Positions 52,294-64,000 of a DNA stretch of 64,000 bases are shown here, piece by piece. The notes under the pieces are model-generated. The model saw only the letters and a list, made by a program, of their open reading frames with translations. It did no database searches and was not told the origin of the DNA. This DNA is from the human T2T-CHM13v2.0 reference genome, Homo sapiens. Where the stretch lies: the NCBI RefSeq assembly GCF_009914755.1, contig NC_060933.1; one strand, 5' to 3'. The position numbers and the translations under genes were made by a program. The first letter of the stretch is position 1. The number at the start of each line of letters is the position of its first letter.

Positions 52294-55200
52294 AGAGACA
52301 CTGTGCCCGAGGGGCCAGGACACGTTGGAGCATGGACCGAGCTGGGTGTGTCCGTGCTGTGACGGAACTCTTCTGCCACAGGCTCTGCTTCAGCCTGGGG
52401 TCCTTGGACTGCAGCCCTGCGGGAGGTGCAGCACCCCGACCTCCAGTGCCGGGTCGGGCTGGGGTTTGCCAGACATTCTCTCCCTTTCCCTACCAGAGTC
52501 TGGAAATGGCCTTTGTAGGCCCTGACCCTCCCTCCCTCACCCCTAGTGTGGCTGGAACCGGTGGAGCGGGGGCTGAGTTCTGACAAGTCCCTGGAAAGCA
52601 GGGAGAGCCCCCGTGTTCTGGGGCTGGGGCTGGGATCACTCCAGGCATTGCCTGACTGGGGGCTCCACAGCCCCCCTCGTGTCAGTGAGAACCCACCAAC
52701 TCCACCCCACAATGCAGGGCCCTGGCCCACGTGCAGTCCATGTGGTGTGGCTGTGAGGACCAGGTGGGGCGGTGGCGGGTGGCTGCTGATCTAGGACCCT
52801 GTGACCAAGCTCTGGTGCCCCTTCCTGACAGTGGCCTCCCATCGGGCCTCCATGTCCGTGGGGACAGGCCTGGCAGCCATGCTGGGGATGTAACAGCCTG
52901 AGAAGGTGCTGCTCTGATAGGGTGGGATCCTGGCCCCCTCTTCAGCACACGCCCCTGGCTGGGTCCTTATGGAGGGCCTGGCCCATGCCCCCGCTCTCTT
53001 TCTCTGTGTCTCCCCCCTCCCTCTCTGCCTCCTTCCTGCATTTCAGGGTTCTTAACACTCTCCTGGACTGGGGGGCAGAACTGGGCCCACTGAGAGCCCC
53101 CAGGGTCCCCTGATTCTGTGCGGGGTGAGGGTCCACACTGCCCGGGCATGAGACCTGGGGCTTGGCTGTGCTGTGCTTGGGAGGCTGACCCTGGCCTTGG
53201 GCTCCAGTCCTGTGGGGTCTTCTCTGGGGTCTCCGCGTCTCCATGTGTGCTCTGCTGCCTGAGGAGCCCAAATCCAGAGACTCCCTGGATAGAAGCAGCG
53301 CGGGGCTGGCTCACTGGATGGGCATCGGGCCAGCGTTGCAGACGTCTGGGGCCTCTCATATGCCCGCCTGGCATAGCCGACCCAAGGGAGGGTTGGCCTC
53401 TCTGCGGATCTTTCACCATGGGGACTGGAGAGCTGAAGGAGCCCAGGGCTGCCCTTGGATACCGCAGACTTTCCCAGGGGGACGGGGGACATGGGTGGGA
53501 GATAAGGAAGGGAGGTTTCAGCTCAACCCAGAGAAGGACTTTCATCATTCATGGGGGTCTGGGCTGCTGTCCTCAGGCAAGTGGGGACTGGACCAGGTGG
53601 TCTGTCCTTTACTCATATGTCCCTGATATGGGCCAGGTACTTGCTGGGCACGATGGAGCCAGGGCCCTTCCCCCCAGGGTGCGTGTTCTGCCAACGGCAA
53701 AGTCCCCATGCCACAGGATCCACTCTGTGCTCCAGGCCTCTCCTCTCGACGGTGACTGCAGGCCGGGCTCCAGGGATGGGCGGTTCTGCAGGTGTGCAGA
53801 GTCCCCCTTACGCAGGTGTGCACAGAGTCCCCCTTACACGCCTTTCTCTTCAGGGGTCCCACCAGGAGGGTCAGTCGGAGGCTTGATTTCCTGCCCCAGC
53901 AGCTGGAGGGGTGGGGGTCCAGGGAGAGTGTGGTGGGGACAGTGAGCGGCAGAGCTGGAGGCCGTGAGGCTGGGGTGAGCTGTGTGAGAAGCCTTGAAGG
54001 TCACAGTTTGGGGAGTCTCAGCCCAGGACCCAGCTCTGAGGGGACAGTTCGGGAGGGATGGGGCAGGTGGGCAGGGCGGCCTGGGGGCCTGGGACTGGCC
54101 ATGCTCGTCTCTCTCCGTGGTGCTGATCTTTCCAGCTCTGCCTGTGGGTGGGGGATGGAAGGGAGGGACACAGCTGTGTGGTGTCGGGGGCACACGCCCA
54201 CTCCTGGGACCATGGCTGGCCTGTGCGTGGCCAGGCAGGTTGGGCTCTCAGGGCGCATGGCTACTTTAAATTTTGGGTCTGTGGCTGTTGGGCTGATGGA
54301 GCACAGCCAGGGATCTGAGATGGGCTCTAAACTTGCTGTCAGTATTTAAGAAGGAACTTTCACGCAAAAACCTGTGTTTTCATCTTGCTTGGGAGAAGTC
54401 CCTGGAGCCCCCACTCTCTCTGGAGCAGCTGCCTCTGGATCTGGGAGGCTGGGCGGGCAGTGCCGGGCTGGCTGTAGAAGAGCCGCCCCTCCTGGGGGCT
54501 GGCCTGTTCGAAGCCGTCCGTGGCCTCCGGTCCAGGCTCGGGCTCCAGGTGCTCACTGGGGCTGCTGTGTTCCAGTGCCCTGGGGGGTCCCAGGCCTGTG
54601 GCGGCTCGCGAGGATGGCTAGGCTGGTGTGGTGCGGTGGCTGGGGGACAGGGGACCTGCATTCTGTGCAGATGCACCCACAGAGGTCACAGGGGTTCAAG
54701 TTCATACCCCGGGAGGGTGGGAGCCTTGCTCCTGTGGGCACGTGGTGGTGGACACCCCTTCCTGCTCTCCTTCTCCTCCTTCACACTGGAGCGGCAGAGT
54801 TGCAGATTCACACTGAGGTGAGGATGGTTGCTAATGGCTTCTCGGGCCCTGGACTAGAAGAGGTGAGAAGGCAGGTGCTGGCTGTGGGGCTGTAGAGTGG
54901 AGGGGCCTCCACCCTGCGTGCCTGTGTGCAGCCCCACACGTGCTGAAGCATCTCTACTCCAGCCAGACGGACGCTAACGCAGATTCATTCCTAGCAGGTC
55001 ACATGGTAGCACCCCCCACCCAGTCCCTGCCCTCTTCACGACCCTGCTGTGAGCTCCTTTCTCCAGGGCTGGGCAGGCCCTTCTAGCCAATGCCACCCTC
55101 CCTGTCTCCCCTGAGAGCACAGGAGCCTGGTGAAAAGGGCCTTGCGCCTTGGTCCTCCTCACTCAGTGTGCGGCCTCTGTGTCTTCTCCACTCCCACCCC

Positions 55201-55319
55201 TTCTTCCCCACCAGGCTGGCCTCTCTTTGCCCTCCTCCCTCCCCGAGAAGTTTCCCTGCTGGCTCACCACAAAGCCCAGCCTCTACTGACAGGCTCATTC
55301 CCTTGAACGACTGGACACT

Positions 55320-55480
55320 GGTCTGCTGGGGAGGCTGGAGCAAAGCAGCACAGCCGGGCGCTGCAACAGCAGACATTTCCTTCTCAGTCCTGGAGGCTGG
55401 AGGTCCAAGATCAGGGTGTTGGCAGGATTGGTTTCTGGCGAGGCCTCTCCTCCTGGCTGGCAGATGACTGCCTTCTTGTG
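55320..55480 (-). mobile_element. MLT1 (MaLR) LTR fragment
   Basis: tctcagtcctggaggctggaggtccaagatcagggtgttggcaggattggtttct..gaggcctctc matches the MLT1 signature. Confidence 0.7.
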
Positions 55481-56512
55481 GTGGGCGGTGCTGATCCGAT
55501 GGACCCCAGACCCTGGGGCAGGCGGGATGCAGGGCCAGGCCTGCGGGGTCCACTGTGGCCATGTGGCTGTTGCTGGTGCATCATTGCATCGTGAAATGGT
55601 TAGATGGTTTGATGTCTGCAGAATCCGCCATAGTTCTCCCCCTTTCCTCTGACTGTGGGTCCTTTCTCACGCTTCTCTGTCATCAGCCTCTGGGCCTGAC
55701 AACACAGCTGCACTGGAGCCACAGGCACCCCGAAGGGGCCAAGGGTGGGACCAGGTGAGGAGGAGGGGCACTGTGAGACTGCAGGCAGGAGGGACGTCCC
55801 CCAGCACAGGGCAGCCTCCCGTCCAAGGGTGGGGGCTCCTGAGCACCACCTCCTGCTCTGCCTGCCGGTCCCACCCCAGCACCTGCTGTCTTAAAGCCTT
55901 GCTCTGGGAGTACAGCGTGTGGGGAGGGAATGGTGTCCCTGTTCCCATCACGGGCCTACTCAGCACTGGGTGGAATTCGACACTGCAGGCAGACAGGCAG
56001 AGACTAGAGACCAGGAGCAGCAGGTGGGGTGGCCGCCGTGTTTCCATTGGCATGCATCAGAGGTGCGTGGGCTCCCAGAGCCCGACAGGCCTGAAACGCC
56101 CAGACACACAGATACAGGGACACACGGGAGGGGGGCCGCCATGGCACTCCGTGTCTCGCCTGGTGCTGGGCTCTGTGCCATCTCCAGTGAGGGGCTCTCT
56201 CCAGGAGGGCAAAGGCCCCCCACCCTCCCAGGAGGTGCCTTTACTCCACGGACTTGCCAGGATCCACAGCCTGGGACCGTGGGCATGTGGGTGAAGGCCC
56301 GGTGCACAGCTGCTAGAAGTGAGCAGCACAGCTCCTGAGACATGAAAAGGTAAAAGAAAAAATAAAAGCTGGCCCTTTTTTTTTTTTTTTTTTAAAGCTG
56401 ACTCTTTTGTGAGGTTTATTATGTGCTGGCTGCTGTTTTAATAACAATAATTTTATAAATCCAAGAACTAGACGCTGATATTAACAACTCCCCCCTTTAA
56501 AAAAAAAAAAAA

Positions 56513-61640
<5,128 letters not shown>

Positions 61641-61644
61641 CTTG

Positions 61645-62512
<868 letters not shown>

Positions 62513-63555
62513 GATATGCTTTCTTAACCTCAGTTTCCTTCTCTTACAAAGAACTGTGTAGTCTGCCAACTCCTGAGGGTGTCATGAGAGTCCCTGGCTT
62601 GTAGTAATGGCTCACCGCTGTCGTGTGTGTGCTTGGGGTTGGGGTTCCCCGCATGCCATGCCTAGCTCTTCTTCTCCCCTGTCCTTGCTTTGGAGCAGGC
62701 TAGGTGGCTCCCACTTCTTGGCCTGTTAGAGCAGGGACTGGGGTGGGGAGGCCGAGGGGATGCTGTGGCGTCTTTGGCCGAGAACTGCCGGCTCTCTCCA
62801 TGGCAACTGCAAGCAGGCTTCTGGGTGAGAACCAGTGCCTGGAAGGTCAGTGACAAAGCAGATCCTGGAGATGGTGCCTCCCCTGCCAGCTTGGCTCCCA
62901 TGTAGAACCAGCCTGAGAGTAGTAAGCAGTCTCCCTGGACTGGGCCTGACTGGCACCTGACCCACCTGCCCCGGCCCAGGGACCCCCGCACCTGTGCAGG
63001 ATTTGTGGTCTCCCCTGGCTCAGCGCAGACCCTCTGAGGGGCTGGTCCAGGTTGATGGGGCGTGGGTAGGGCTCTGTGCCACAGGGACGGGGTACAGGGG
63101 CTGGCCAGCGTGGGCCAGATGCATGGGGACAAGGGAGCATCCATAGTTTCTCATAGAACATAACAGCTCTGAGTCCCCAGTCACCTCTGCCAGCTCTTGG
63201 CATTTTCAGAACTGGGGGGTCCTGTGGGGTATGGCTGGGCTGTGAAGTGTGGAGGTGGCTAGACCAGGCCTGACTGGGGTGTGCCCCAGAAGCTCCTCAC
63301 AGACGGCTGTGGAAAGGCAGGGTGCCCCCCTGGCCCACGCGGAGGGTGTGTGAGGTGCCCCCCTGGTCCAGGTGGAGGGCGTGTGGCTGGGACCTAGAGT
63401 CTGGGGGATGTGAGGTGAGTTTTGGGTTAGGGTTAGGGGGCCCAGAAGAAGCCTGCAGCAGTGTGGTTCCAGCCTTCCTCCCCTCTGTGGGGCTGGGAGC
63501 ACTCCCCGACCTTGGGTGCCAGAGTGAGGGCGGGTCTTTACATGTGTGACTGCTG

Positions 63556-64000
63556 TTGTGTCTCTGCTGTGTGTGTCTGCGCCGTGTGTCTCTGTGTCTG
63601 TGTATGTGTGTCTCTGTGTCCGTGTCTGTACTGTGTGTCTCTGTGTCTGTGTCTGTGTGTCTCTGTGTCCGTGTGTCCATGTCTGTGCTGTGTGTCTCTG
63701 TGTCTGTCTATGTGTGTCTCTGTGTCCGTGTGTCCATGTCTGTGCCGTGTGTCTCTGTGTCTGTGTATGTGTGTCTCTGTGTCTGTGTGTCTGTGCTGTG
63801 TGTCCCTGTGTTTGTGTATGTGTGTCTCTGTGTTCGTGTCTGTGCTGTGTGTCCCTGTGTCTGTGCCGTGTGTCTCTGTGTCTGTGCTGTGTGTCTCTCT
63901 GTCCCTGTGTCTGTGTGTCCCTGTGTCCTTGTGTCTGTGTGTGTACCGTGTGTCCCTGTGTCTGTGTGTCCTTGTGTCTGTGCTGTGTGTCCCTGTGTCT
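63556..64000 (+). repeat. Low-complexity (TG/TC) degenerate tandem repeat running off the window end
   Basis: Composed of tgtgtgtctctgtgtctgtg-type units and almost free of A. Confidence 0.9.

Noticed and set aside
63422-63440. Interstitial telomeric repeat (gggttagggttaggg)
   Set aside because: Only two TTAGGG units, which is compatible with chance.

Overview
Primate DNA, most likely human, from the 5' end of CACNA1B (Cav2.2, N-type calcium channel alpha-1B), which lies in subtelomeric 9q34.3 in human. It is not microbial. Bases 1-13669 are the 3' part of a + strand HERV-H provirus: gag end, decayed pro/pol, an env remnant and the 3' LTR7. Its gag region has expanded into a 62-bp minisatellite of at least 9.7 kb and about 156 copies, and the repeat unit is the coding sequence of the Gag nucleocapsid zinc knuckle. 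Bases 13670-36200 are mostly nested old L1 fragments and about 30 Alus. A 39-bp minisatellite inside an L2 remnant sits about 2.7-3.6 kb upstream of the gene. The CACNA1B CpG-island promoter and coding exons 1-3 follow (41078-41361, 42198-42303, 45888-46027). Intron 1 is a U12 AT-AC intron, introns 1 and 3 each carry a near-consensus REST/RE1 site, and an out-of-frame upstream ATG opens a 126-codon overlapping ORF. The rest is intron 3; no exon 4 is seen in the window. Almost all ORFs in the supplied track are spurious. Repeat family calls were made by eye, so subfamilies and boundaries are approximate.
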